A stretch of 64,000 nt of DNA from Octopus sinensis (Eukaryota), in the NCBI RefSeq assembly GCF_006345805.1, contig NC_043010.1, positions 53,010,001-53,074,000 of the forward strand. The letters run 5' to 3'. Below, piece by piece: positions 1 to 12,456 of this stretch; positions within the stretch are counted from its first letter, which is position 1, and every line of letters begins with the position of its first letter. The translations under genes were made by a program, and so were the position numbers. A model generated the notes under the pieces. The model was not told the DNA's origin and searched no databases. It saw nothing but the letters and a program-made list of their open reading frames with translations.

Positions 1-344
1 GAGTTGAAATATTTTCTTGTCTCGAAGGAAAAGTTTGGTTCTTTTGATGGAGTGTTTTTTTTTCAATATTGTAAATATGGGGTGACACAAGAGGTGATCA
101 GAAATTCTGCGACCTCGCATTTTAATTGTGGATTCGAGGATTTTAACCGTGTGTTTTCAAGATGTAAATAGCCCTGTAGTACATATCGTCGATATAAAGT
201 CTATCTCAGACATTAGCATCTTTATAGCAATAAATTTTGAGATCGGTATGAATTTTGGCCCGTGTGCACTTTGTGGCTTGTATTTTGATGCTGCCGTGAA
301 TTTTCTTCCTTACTGAGACTGTTGGTATGTTAATGCTCATTTAA

Positions 345-604
345 CTTGGCACAGCCGTTTGGCACAGCTGCTTGCCACTGCAATTTAGTACAGCCGTTTG
401 GCACAGCTGTTTGCCACAGCAATTTGGTACAGCTGTTTGGCACAGCTGCTTGCCACAGCAATTTCGTACAGCCGTTTGGCACAGCTGTTTGCCACAGAAA
501 TTTGGTATAGCTGTTTGGCACAGCTGCTTGCCACAGCAATTTCGTACAGCCGTTTGGCACAGCTGTTTGCCACAGAAATTTGGTACAGCCGTTTGGCACA
601 GCTG
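345..604. repeat. Minisatellite with nested 13/39/78-bp periodicity
   Basis: Six 39-bp units (358-591), each of three related 13-mers (tttggcacagctg / cttgccacagcaa / tttcgtacagccg); odd and even units alternate diagnostic bases. Confidence 0.95.
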
Positions 605-1563
605 TTTTTGGTATCACTAATTCGACCTTGGCATATTTAACATCAGTAGTTTTTATGTTTTCCTCGCTCCCTCCCTACATCTCTTTATGTGTTTGTGAAT
701 GTGAGCATATTTCTCAGTGTGTAGGAGAGGGAAAATATTTATCCCTTTCGCACATAAACCGACCATATCCGGCCAAATTATTCTACCTGTTTTATCTTCA
801 AGTCCGCCAGATTTGGCCTCTCGCATCTACCCTACAATGTCATTTTAAAAATGAACAATCGCATTAGCGAAATCTTAAAACTGTGGGATAATACCTGATC
901 AGTTCAAAACAATGTATTACATTTGACAAAGTAATATAATGCTAAAAGGTTATGTGAATCGCATTCAGTTAATAAAATGTAATATGTCTCCCTCTTTGTA
1001 TCAGTATTTGAATGTTTCTGCATCTCCCAGGGCCAAAAAGTGGTGTAATCAAAACAGGCTGAATATCCAGCCAGCCGAGACAAATCATCAGCGTCAAACC
1101 AGCTACGCCTTATCGTCTCATTCCGTTTAGTAGGAGTTCACCTGCAGCTGCTACAATCTCTCTAAATCCAACAATTAAATTAAACTTGTTGATGGAGCTA
1201 ATAAGGGAGCCTCCACATGGTTGTCCCATCTGATTAAAAATATTTAAAAAAGCCACAACATTTTCTTCCGTAACACCTTACTGTATTGTAACTGGAAGAA
1301 AGTATTTAGACAATATAGATGTTGATGTGCAAAAAAAAAATAAGAAAGAAAAGGATGGTCAAGGCTGGAATGGCTTTGATCATTGTTCTAGTCAATCAAG
1401 TCTTGATTTGGTGAGGGTGGTGGGTGATGATGGAAAGCCAAACACCAGTAACAACAACAACGGTAGCAATAGTATCAACATTAACACCTTGTTAACGAAC
1501 AGTGATTATATGCTCAATAGGAACTAGAGTCACCCCAGAAAAAAGAGGTAAATGATAGCGAAC

Positions 1564-1596
<33 letters not shown>

Positions 1597-1627
1597 CAGC
1601 AGCAACAGCAGCAGCAGTAGCAGCAGC

Positions 1628-1675
<48 letters not shown>
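1564..1675. repeat. (AGT)n/(AGC)n trinucleotide microsatellite
   Basis: Direct reading of the sequence. Confidence 0.95.
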
Positions 1676-1724
1676 TGCAGTGGAAGGGAGAAAGCGGTAA
1701 AAAAAGGGGAACAAAAGGAAAAGA

Positions 1725-1810
1725 AAGAAGAAGAAGAAGAAGAAGAAGAAGAGAAGAAGAAGAAGAAGAAGAAGAAGAAGAAAAAAAGAAGAAGAAGAAG
1801 AAGAAGAAGG
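1725..1810. repeat. (AAG)n microsatellite
   Basis: Direct reading of the sequence. Confidence 0.95.
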
Positions 1811-1922
1811 TTAAGAAGGATTTTCTGGTTTGTTTTATTATTATTATTATTATTTTTTTTTTTGCAGTTTATACAACTTGTTGTTTCAGATGGTTTGCTT
1901 TGCTGTAAACAAGCATTACGCC

Positions 1923-2022
1923 NNNNNNNNNNNNNNNNNNNNNNNNNNNNNNNNNNNNNNNNNNNNNNNNNNNNNNNNNNNNNNNNNNNNNNNNNNNNNN
2001 NNNNNNNNNNNNNNNNNNNNNN
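1923..2022. other. Assembly gap (100 N)
   Basis: Run of exactly 100 N between simple repeats; adjacency across the gap is not established. Confidence 0.99.
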
Positions 2023-2075
<53 letters not shown>

Positions 2076-2082
2076 TTTGTGT

Positions 2083-2830
2083 ACGAGGTGGTATCAAAAT
2101 ATTCCAGGACTAATTATGTAAATAAAATTATTTACCAAAGTTTTACCATCATCTCCTTCGAAATAGTCACCTTGCACACCAATACACCGGCACCAGAGTT
2201 CCTGCCACTTTTGGAATCCAGTCTGAAAATCGTTTTCCGTTAGCGAATCGAGGAGCTTCTGCGATTCATTCTTGATCTCGGTAACGGTGTTAGGACGGCG
2301 ACCGTTGAGCTGCATTTTCATCTTGGGGAAGAGATGGAAGTCCGCAGGCGCTAGATCTGGCAAATATGGCAGGTGTGGAAGCGATGCCATGTTGTTTTCA
2401 GCGAGAAACACACAAAGCTCGGTGAAGGATCCAATTTTTCGCTCTCCACAGAGCCAGACACTTTTGCCGGCTCTCCTTCAGATGCTTCAAAACGTCGTAG
2501 TAGGACTCTCGATTGAGTGTCTGGCACTGGGGGCCGAATTCTTGATGCATAATAACACATTTCCGAGGGTGACGCTCGTGACAGGTCTTCGAGATCACTC
2601 ATCGTCTTCCAGAAACGTTCCTCCGCTTTTGAAGCGACCGTGCCACTTAAAACATTGCGTACGACCCATTGTCTCGTCGCCGTAAGTTTGCTGATAAATG
2701 CTCAACGTCTGTGTAACAGACTTCCCACGTTTAACGCAAAATTTCACGTCGGTTCTTTGTTCCTATCCATAACAAAATCGCAGGCTACAGCATACATGTG
2801 ATCACAAAACCACAAATTTCACAATTTGTG
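2083..2830 (-). mobile_element. Internally deleted mariner (DD34D-type) transposon
   Basis: Minus-strand N-terminal QRTDVKFCVKRGKS...QCFKWHGRFKSG joined to HQEFGPQCQTLNRESYYDVLK...KNWILH and LPHLPYLPDLAPADFHLFPKMK...GDYFEGD; TIR-like tacgaggtggtatcaaaa at 2082; a diverged partner TIR may lie at about 2935-2968. Confidence 0.9.
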
Positions 2831-3493
2831 AAGAAAACACAGCGATGTTATTCGGCATACTACCACCTGCAGGCCACAGCTAGGTCTCAGTTCACACGCA
2901 ACCGTGTGAAACCGTCTGTTGGCGCGCTACAGATCAAATCCGAGAACTTTTTGATAAGTGTGGGTGTATATAAACACTAGAAATTTTATTTGTGTGCATA
3001 AGCATTAAGACACGTCTGGAGGTTAGTATGTATTAACACACGTTCAGTTTAACATTATGTTGTAAATACATGAAAATCTCCGCTGATTCATCATAAAAAA
3101 ATAATATGCTTATAAGCTAAATTCAGACAGTATGATTTTATTTTATAACACTTTAATATTCATATTCAAAAATCACTTTAAGAACCTGCTCACTGAACCA
3201 CAGATAATGACTATCACACAGCAAGTAAGTATTTTATAAAACATTGTTCACCATCTTCCCACAATAAATACAGTAAACATTCAATCACGTATGGTATACT
3301 ACATACATACATACATACATATATATCTATATATTATATTATATATATATAATATATATATAGGGAGAGAGAGAGAGAGAGAGAGCTTGCTCTCTCTTTC
3401 TTTCTCTCCTCCTCCCTCCCATCCTCTACGCGCTCTCCCTATGTATATATATGAATATATATATATATATATGAATATATATATATATATATG

Positions 3494-3550
<57 letters not shown>

Positions 3551-3816
3551 TATATATATATATTACATATATAAACTACATATATGCATACACCCATTCG
3601 CTCACACACACCACACATTCACATACAGACCACTCTGCTTTTATTAAATCCGGGAATGAAAATATCAAAGCATTTAAGAGCAAGATCACCGAACTATATC
3701 ACTCTATCGCATGACAATCACCGAGCTAGACTATCTCCCATCTCCCAAAATTATATAATACACACACACACACATTGTATACATTATATATATATGTATG
3801 TATATATATATATATA

Positions 3817-3847
<31 letters not shown>

Positions 3848-4060
3848 ACTCTTCGTGTATATTTTTTATATGCACCATATGTATCAGAGACTCATAGAGA
3901 GGTTACAGTTTCGATCATCGTTAGGTGAAAACACAAATGGACGCGTGCTTTTGATATAATGAATGTATCTTTTCAGTCTATTTCATGTAGAGTCCTACAT
4001 CTGTTTGTTTTCTACACACCTGTCTTCGTCTTTGTCTTTTTTCGTGAATTCTCCCTATAT

Positions 4061-4092
<32 letters not shown>

Positions 4093-4307
4093 GGTGTGTG
4101 TGGTGTGTGTGTGTATGTGTGTATGTTTGTGTGTGTGAGTGGATGTATATATATATCTATATATATATATATACATATTGCCACCTAAATGGGGGTGACC
4201 CATATGTAACGATGCTACTTTTGTTTATAGTCCCAGGAAGACATCTCCAGCAGGCTAACGACACAGTCTGTGTCCGATTAGTATTTGCGAAGGGAATCAT
4301 CGTCATA

Positions 4308-4352
4308 CACACGGACCAGGGTTTCTGAGTAGTAACCCATCATCAGCGCGTG
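4308..4352 (-). ncRNA. Type I hammerhead ribozyme motif, intact core
   Basis: cacgcg CUGAUGA ugggu-uacu-acuca GAA AC-ccug-GU C cgugug: 6-bp stem I, 5-bp stem II, GUC cleavage triplet. Confidence 0.85.
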
Positions 4353-4688
4353 ACAAAAACCAGCTAGGGGTGAGATCTCATTCCAAGCGCAAAATACTAT
4401 ACGCTTTTTCCAGTGACAAACAAACTGATCTCGAAAATTCTGATCGGACACAGACAGTGTGTCGTTAGCTAGCTGGAAGAGGTGTCTTCCTGGGGCTATA
4501 AACAACAGTAGCATCGCTCCATAAAGGTCAGTCACATTTAGGTGGCAAATATACATCATGATGTCGTCCTGATACTGTTTACGTCTAGCTCAGAGATTTA
4601 TTACTGCTGGCTTTTCATTTTTCGAGATCAGCGACCGTTTGTCACTGGAAAAAGCATATGGTATTTTGCGTTTGGAATCAGTTCTCAT

Positions 4689-4733
4689 CACACTCTGATG
4701 ATGGGTTACTACTCAGAAACCCGGGTCTGTGTG
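4689..4733 (+). ncRNA. Type I hammerhead ribozyme motif (paralog of 4308)
   Basis: cacacu CUGAUGA ugggu-uacu-acuca GAA ACCCGGGU C ugugug; perfectly palindromic stem III; U-U mismatch at the first pair of stem I. Confidence 0.8.
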
Positions 4734-4929
4734 TATCACGTTAAGATAGATATGGGAACGATGATTTCCCTTCACAAATACTGATCGGACACAAACTGCG
4801 TGTCCAGACAGCTGGAGAAGACGTCTTCCTGGGGCAACGTCCCATATGGGTCAGCCACATTCAGGTGGATAATATACTTCACGATGTCGTATTGCTACTG
4901 TTTACATCTCGCTTAGAGATTTATTATTG

Positions 4930-4996
<67 letters not shown>

Positions 4997-5023
4997 CTTC
5001 ATTTTAAGCAGCAGAAAATTCAA

Positions 5024-5072
5024 CAAAATCTGTTACTCTGAGTTTCTCGTTGCCGTTCATCAGACAGTTTTG
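5024..5072 (-). ncRNA. Minimal type I hammerhead ribozyme motif
   Basis: caaaacugu CUGAUGA a-cg-gcaa-cg-a GAA ACUC-a-GAGU A acag-a-uuuug; palindromic stem III with a 1-nt loop, GUA triplet, very short stem II. Confidence 0.75.
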
Positions 5073-5079
5073 CTAGAAG

Positions 5080-5126
5080 CAAAACTGTCTGATGAACGGC
5101 AACGAGAACTCAGAGTAACAGATTTG
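5080..5126 (+). ncRNA. Hammerhead motif lacking one A of GAAA (defective, or a sequencing error)
   Basis: Mirror copy of 5024-5072 reading CTGATGA...GAACTCAGAGTA. Confidence 0.55.
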
Positions 5127-5208
5127 TTGAATTTCTGCTGCTTAAAATAAAGCATATTACTCTACCACTGGTATTTGAATACTCTTTTTCCACCTTGTTT
5201 ACTCCCGG

Positions 5209-5276
<68 letters not shown>

Positions 5277-5350
5277 TATACATATATATATATACATATA
5301 TTATATATATATATATATATATATCTATATACACATAATATATAGATATA

Positions 5351-5890
5351 CAGGGTCAGGCAAAATGATCTGACACATTTGTAGGTTAAATAAAAGGCAA
5401 ATGAAGTAAAGAAACAAAAAAGTGTTTTTATTTTTGAAAAAGTACATATAATGCCATTTTGTTTCATTATGTTTTAAAACTTAAATCAGTCAAATGGGAT
5501 CCTTATTGTCCACACACTGTCGAAGGCGTTCACGAAAGTTGTCAATAACTCGGCGGGTCATTTCATGCGATTTTTTTCTCTGGGGATACCTCAAGTCAAA
5601 GGTATACTTTAATCGCCCTCGATCTATTGAACAACTTAAAGATTCAATTCGTCAAGAAATTACTGCCATTCCACAGGAAATGACCCGCCGAGTTATTGAC
5701 AACTTTCGTCAACGCCTTCGACAGTGTGTGGACAACAATGGATCCCATTTGACTGATTTCATTTTTAAAACATAATGAAACAAAATGGCATTATATGTAC
5801 TTTTCAAAAATAAAAACACTTATTTGTTTCTTTACTTCATTTGCCTTTTATTTAACCTACAAATGTGTCAGATCATTTTGCCTGACCCTG
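5351..5890. mobile_element. Non-autonomous Tc1/mariner fold-back element with about 214-bp inverted arms
   Basis: TA|cagggtcaggc...gcctgaccctg|TA; arms 5351-5564 and 5677-5890 nearly identical; plus strand encodes the transposase C-terminus CDFFLWGYLKSKVY...RQCVDNNGSH. Confidence 0.92.
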
Positions 5891-6102
5891 TATATACTTC
5901 ATGCTTGGGTTGAGCTTGGTATACTATACTATTCTGTCTGAATGCCATACTGTCCAGACCTGAAACTTGAAATAACTCACATATCCATTGTGTATACATG
6001 TGTGTGTGGTGTGTGTTTTTGTATGTCTGAGTGTATGTGCGTGTTTATGTGTGTGTATGTATGTGTGTGTGTATGTGTGTTTGTGTGTATGTGTGTGTGT
6101 GT

Positions 6103-7609
6103 GTTATTGCTATTTTTTCATTAGGAGTTATTATTTTGAGGTTATCAGGATACAATCGGTTATATTATGTAATATGTCACATAACTCCCAACTCGTCAGG
6201 CATTCAGATAAAACAGGTAAGCAACGACCTGCTGACTAATCAATAGATTATCAACAACTGACATTCCTAATCACAATACTAACATTTAAGATATCTATCC
6301 TAATACAGCTGATAGTAGACGACAAGCAAACGTTTAACCTTACAGACACGTTCAAAGATCGCTGCCTATAATATCCTATGAACATCATGTATTGTAGTAT
6401 ATTATTTTACAAAACATTTCATTATTTTAAGGCGCACGCGTATTTATTTATTTATTTTCTTTATTATTTCATTATACCGATCAATCTTCCAATCATCGAA
6501 TGGACCAATTCATTCTCTATTTTCCTTCTCTGTTTCTCCGTCTCTATTTTTTTGTTTTTTTCCCCTCCACTTTTTTCACTCTAGTTTTTTTTCCTCTCTA
6601 CTTTTTTTTTCTCTAGTTCATGTCTCATTATTTCTTTTCCTTCTTCTCCCTATCATTTTTTTCACCCTTTTCTACTTTTATCATGATTAATTGAATGAAT
6701 GAAAAAAAATAATGCGAACTATAAAACCATATAGTACGATAAATCATGTTATTAAGGTACTGTCTGCGATGGCCTCTGAATGTGAGTCGATAGAGTCAAA
6801 CGGTGAGCTTGCAGAAACGTTAGCACGCCGGACGAAATGCTTAGCGGTATTTAGTCTGCCGCTACGTTCTGAGTTCAAATTCCGCCGAGGTCGACTTTGC
6901 CTTTCATCCTTTCGGAGTCGATTAAATATGTACCAGTTACGTACTGGGGTCGATATAATCGACTTAATCTGTTTGTATGTCATTGTTTTTCCTCTCTGTG
7001 TTTAGCCCCGTGTGGGTATTAAAGAAATAGGTATTTCGTCTGCCGCTACGTTCTGAGTTCACATTCCGCCGAGGTCGACTTTGCCCTTCGTCCTTTCGGG
7101 GTTGATTAAATAAGTACCAGTTACGTATTGGGGTCGATATAATCAACTTAATCCGTTTGTCTGTCATTGTTTGTCCCGACTGTGTGTCGCCCCTTGTGGG
7201 CAGTAAAGAAATAAAACATTTGTTTGGCGTCTACTATCACTTATATTTGGATAATTTTTGCTTCTGTTCGCCTTTATGAGCGCGGTTGCTTTATAGAGCC
7301 TGATATATATATAGATATCTTATAGAGCTATTATAGAACATGATGCCTCCAACTATCTTCAAATTTATGACATTTTGTGCCATCTTTTTTTGACTGACAC
7401 CACAGAAGCATACCCACCTTAGATATCTTAAGTTTAGTACTCTAATTAGGTATTTAATTTGTTGATAACCTATTGATTAATCAACAAGTTGGTGTTCACC
7501 TGTTTTTACCTGTTGAGTTGGGAGTTATTTAACGTTTAACACAATCCAACTAATTGTATTATACTTACATCAAAATATAACATCCTAATGAAACAATTAT
7601 AGCAATAAC
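6103..7609. repeat. Old diverged inverted repeat pair (6103-6297 and 7420-7609)
   Basis: Shared anchors gttattgcta, ttcattagga, ataactcccaactc, aaaacaggt, taatcaatag, ttatcaacaa and aagatatcta appear in mirror order. Confidence 0.7.
6801..7216 (+). mobile_element. tRNA-derived SINE family C with a tandem 5'-truncated second copy
   Basis: B-box-like gagttcaaattcc and body gtcgactttgcctttcatcctttcgg...gtaccagttacgtactggggtcgatataatc repeated at about 6870 and 7055; other copies near 23991, 52918, 56355, 59860 and 62632. Confidence 0.8.
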
Positions 7610-8820
7610 CTATTCCTCTATTATATCGACCTGGTTATCTATATGGGGCAGCTGATGATGGAGGTGCGTTGGATTGTTGGTATGGCTGTTTTTGTGTGCG
7701 CGGAATAGTTTTATTAGACAACCATTTGATGTATACCTGCGTCTCTCTGTGTGTATAAATATATATATGCGTATGTAAACTGATTACATCCGCATGTGCT
7801 AAGAAATGCTTCGTCAGTACCAACGGATAACACTAATGTATATACAATTAAAAAAGATCCATAAGTTACCTCCCATGTTCTGGTTATTTATTTATTTATT
7901 TACCCTCCAAATCCACTACATCCTCGTGTAGCTTCGTGTATTCTCTTCCAGGGTGGAATCGAGTACCAGTGATCTCTTGTGGCAGGTCTGATAACTATTG
8001 AGAGATTTGTATTATCTTACCCATAAAATAATTGGTAACCCAGTTAACACAAAAATACACATGTGTGTGCATACAGAAGACATACACATAAATACTTGCG
8101 TTTTAAAATCTGGTACTTATTCTATCAGTGTCTTTTGTCGAACTGCTAAGTAACTGGGACATAACCAAACCAAAAGTGGGTGTCAAGAGGTGGGGGATAA
8201 ACGTATACAACACACACACACAACACACACATACATAGGTACATATAGTTGTGTGTAGACGCATTTCCAACACATATACACGTCCGTGCGTTACATGTAA
8301 GTATGAAAGCACAAATGTATAAATGTTCGCGTGTATGTATGTATGTGTCGACAGCGACACCTGGTACTTAAGCCAGATGACAGAAATTTAAATACCAGTG
8401 CTAGATAAATACAACAGGACACTTATTAGTTTGCCTGTACCGTGTTTCAAGCTGTCTCTCACAAAACTGTAAGATTATATTCAGATAAACGTGTCCTCTC
8501 AGTGAAGGTCCACTGAAACAGGGATTAATCTTGAAAACCCTAGTTATGATCATCACAGCAGCACGTGTATATGTGTAAGTATGTATATATATATATATAT
8601 TATATATATAATATATATAATCTATATATATATAATATAGATATATATTCATAATCTTTGCGTTTTTAATAATTTTCTAGGTATCTGAGACTCACATAAT
8701 ACATGCTTACGTATAAGCAGCCATATGTGATGTATACATACATACATACACACGCACACACACATATATATTATATATGTATGTATATATCTATAATCTA
8801 TATCTATGTATACACACACA

Positions 8821-8861
<41 letters not shown>

Positions 8862-8957
8862 ATTATCAAGTGTGCATGTATGCTTAGGTATCACCAACCA
8901 CATATGCATATACATACATACATACATACATACATACATACATACATACACAATATA

Positions 8958-9007
<50 letters not shown>

Positions 9008-9008
<1 letters not shown>

Positions 9009-9772
9009 CGAGAAAGACAACAAGAATGGATTAGTTTTTAGTACAATTGTTTCATACAAAGACAGGCTTTATTAAAAGTTGCAAAAATTGCAGCAGATAA
9101 AAGTGTCTTTCTTTTTCCATTTCCTTGTCTCTTTTCTTCTCTTTCCTTTCTTTTCTTTTCTTTGCTCTACAAAAAATTCCTTCAGCCTTTAGAAGTCATA
9201 ACTTAGCAGTCTTGTGAATTGAACAGTAACGTGGCAAATACCTTATCATATACCATGAAATGATACCCACCTCATTGCGGATTAACCATGGATAAATTCA
9301 TCGTCTGTGAGTATGAAATTCCTCCTCATATCTCTGGAAATTTACATCTACACTACGGATTAATTCACCTTCTCTGTGAAGCTAATAAGCTTTTTAAAAA
9401 ACCTGATAAGACTGTGCATCATCATTAAGGAACTTCGGAAATCTGTTAAAAACCTAAATCTGCTTTTAATGAAATTATCTCCAATACTTCATGAGTATAG
9501 TCTCACCCACTAAGATGTTTGGAGAACTCATATGTATTTAGCTGATGAGTACGGGCACACTTTTATTCTGCTGCAATTTTGCAACTTTTAATAAAGCCGT
9601 CTTTGTTGAAAACAATTGTACTAAAACTAATCCATTCTTGTTGCTTCTTTCTCGTTTATAATCACCCCCACATTACTGTATGGTTAACCCATATAGTTTT
9701 CTAGTGCATCTAAGTTAAGTACCACATTCAAGTAAATCATTGGAATTGACTTGAATCTTATTGCTTTTATTG
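9008..9772 (+). mobile_element. HHR-bearing PLE pLTR-like element with a 5' inverted partial copy
   Basis: 9008-9107 is inverted relative to 9556-9655; about 9300-9772 is homologous to 54537-55010 in the opposite orientation; (TA)n on both sides. Confidence 0.8.
9537..9625 (+). ncRNA. Type I hammerhead motif with long stem II (extra A in GAAA)
   Basis: uuuag CUGAUGA [59 nt] GAAAAC AAUU GU A cuaaa. Confidence 0.65.
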
Positions 9773-9777
9773 TATAT

Positions 9778-9828
<51 letters not shown>

Positions 9829-10507
9829 TTCTTCGCGCAAGCGAATATACATGTCCTTCTTTGCCAGTGTAGCACATTGAGCCCAATAAAGCGTCATCTC
9901 TCACCCTCACCCGAGGCCGCCACTCCGCATTTATCGGCGTATACCAGTTTAAAATTACACACTCAGCTGGCTTCAAATACTTTATTTCATCTCGTATATG
10001 TTTCATGTTTTTACACACATGCAAGCATCAAGAGGCTCGCACACATACGTACATGTATACATGCATATACACATACATGAAAATATGCACACATGCCCAT
10101 ATACAAACGCCAGCGTATTTACGTAGACATTTCCATATTTATACCAATCAACGTCCTAACTGAGTGTATATATGTATGGATGTATGGATGGCTGTATGGA
10201 TGTATGGATGCACAGAAAACACAGGCTCACTAACACATTTATGTATCTATGTATGCATATATATATGTGTGTGTGTATGTAAGTAAGTATTCATGTGTGT
10301 GTATGAACATACGTATGTATGCATTTATGTACGTATGTATGGATTCATGCATGTACGTATGTATTCATATATGTATGTATACTTAGAGATATGTATATGC
10401 ATGCATGTGTGCAATTGTGTGAAAATATGCTTGCGTGTAACTGTGTGTCTTATGTAGTTAAGCCATTAGGTTTAATACATAATACATAATTTATATATAT
10501 ATATATA

Positions 10508-10551
<44 letters not shown>

Positions 10552-11749
10552 TATATATACAAACATACATGCACACACATATATATGCATATATTACATG
10601 TACATAGTGTATATTATACAAAGTTATGTATATAGATATAAATATATATCTTTTATATAAATATATCTGATATATATATATGTACATGCATATATATGTA
10701 CATATGTATATATTATTCAAAACTATATATATAATATATAAATATATATGATTTATATGAATATATGTGATATATATATATATATATATATACTGTATAA
10801 TTCTGTTAAATTTCCCCTTCCGTCTCTATTTATATGCATCTATACTTATATATGTAGGCATATTTGTATGCACGCGTGTACCAGTGTGTGTGGGTACACA
10901 CATACACATGCAGATATATATATATATATATATTATATATATTATATATATATATATATATATAATATATAGAAAACAGTCCGCATACTACGCAAAACAC
11001 ATTAATCGCAGAACAGTTCACGCATGAACATATACATGCATATAAATATATACATAATTCTCTACATACACCAACATAAATACATAAACGGAAGAAGCCT
11101 CAGAATTTATAGGCATGGCAGCTGGAGTATAGTATAGTATTTATGATGTTCATGCATTTCCCAGGAGCGTTTGTGTCGTACATAAAATTAGTAATCGGGG
11201 TCGATGAACGGACAACGGCCAACAGTCGTTACGTAACCCAGGCCGCATGTCTTCATTTGTTTCCAAACTTCTCCTGACTGAGATAATGGCAGACCTCCAA
11301 TGAACTTGTACAAGTAGACACAGGCGTATGTACGTGCGTAGATGCTTGCGTAAATGTCCTTGCAACTAGAGAAGTAGATAAAACTTATAGAAAACCCAGA
11401 CGTAAGCATACCACATGCATGTGACTTGCTCCTCGGTACGTATATATGTATTTATATACATGCATAATACATACTTCCATCCATCCATCCATCCATCCAT
11501 CCATCCATCCATACATACATATATATATATATATATACATATATACATATATGTATATACACATATATATTTAAATGTATGTGTGTGCATAGACAGCCAT
11601 ATAAATATAATATAAATTAGTTTTTGACGTTCAGTTTAGCTCAGTAGTTTCCTTACAGGAAATCTAGTATATTTATACATATATTATATGTATAAATATA
11701 TATATGTATATATATGTATATACATATATATATATACATATATATATAC

Positions 11750-11797
<48 letters not shown>

Positions 11798-11834
11798 TCA
11801 TATGTATAAATATATATATATACATATATATATG

Positions 11835-11869
<35 letters not shown>

Positions 11870-11883
11870 ATATAATATATATA

Positions 11884-11928
<45 letters not shown>

Positions 11929-12422
11929 ATATATATATATGTGTATATATATGTATATATATATATGTGTGTATATATATATATATATACATAGAGAGAT
12001 ATAGATATAGATATATGTATGTATGTATTTATACACATATATATATACACACACGTACACACACACGTTCACACACGCACATACATATATGCATATGTGT
12101 ATATACCCATACATACTTATATATACACACAAACAACACATGCTCGAATACATGCCCATATTATATTAAGCCATGTATATTGATTGAGAAGGACTGAGAC
12201 ACTGAGGGAGGAGGAGAGAGAGGAAAAGGGGGGGAGAAAAAGAGAGGAAGAGAGAGAAGAAGAGTGAGAAGGAATGAATGGGCGGAGGTAGAGAGCACAT
12301 TCTGTCTTAAATGTTATGGAAGTATTATGTCCTTCGTTTATCTAGACGTTCATCTTCGGTCTAATCGTAAATACGCCCACTCTGATGATCTGTTTGCATG
12401 TTTGATTGTGTGTGTGGGCGTC

Positions 12423-12456
<34 letters not shown>

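Larger units (their letters stand above)
4175..4932. repeat. About 340-bp hammerhead-containing unit: one inverted copy plus tandem direct copies (retrozyme/PLE pLTR-like)
   Basis: 4175-4438 is the reverse complement of sequence in 4440-4932; ctgatcggacac recurs at 4440 and 4781 (period 341); flanked by (TA)n and (CA)n. Confidence 0.85.
5001..5208. mobile_element. PLE-type terminal fragment folded back on itself (74/71-bp arms, 3-nt loop)
   Basis: 5001-5074 is the reverse complement of 5078-5148 apart from three 1-nt homopolymer indels; embedded in (TA)n. Confidence 0.8.

Noticed and set aside
330-617. 95-aa ORF with 13-aa repeats (QTAVPNGCTKFLW)
   Set aside because: It is a by-product of the 39-bp minisatellite; several frames on both strands are open and there is no splice or Kozak support.
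6125-6216. Candidate 92-nt exon (tttttcattag acceptor, cag|gtaagc donor)
   Set aside because: It lies within one arm of a diverged inverted repeat, the peptides are unrecognisable and no partner exons were found.
11188-11409. Locally GC-richer unique stretch with ORF ...FIGGLPLSQSGEVWKQMKTCGLGY...
   Set aside because: No recognisable homology or convincing splice sites; it could be tested by RNA-seq or conservation, but a gene cannot be supported.
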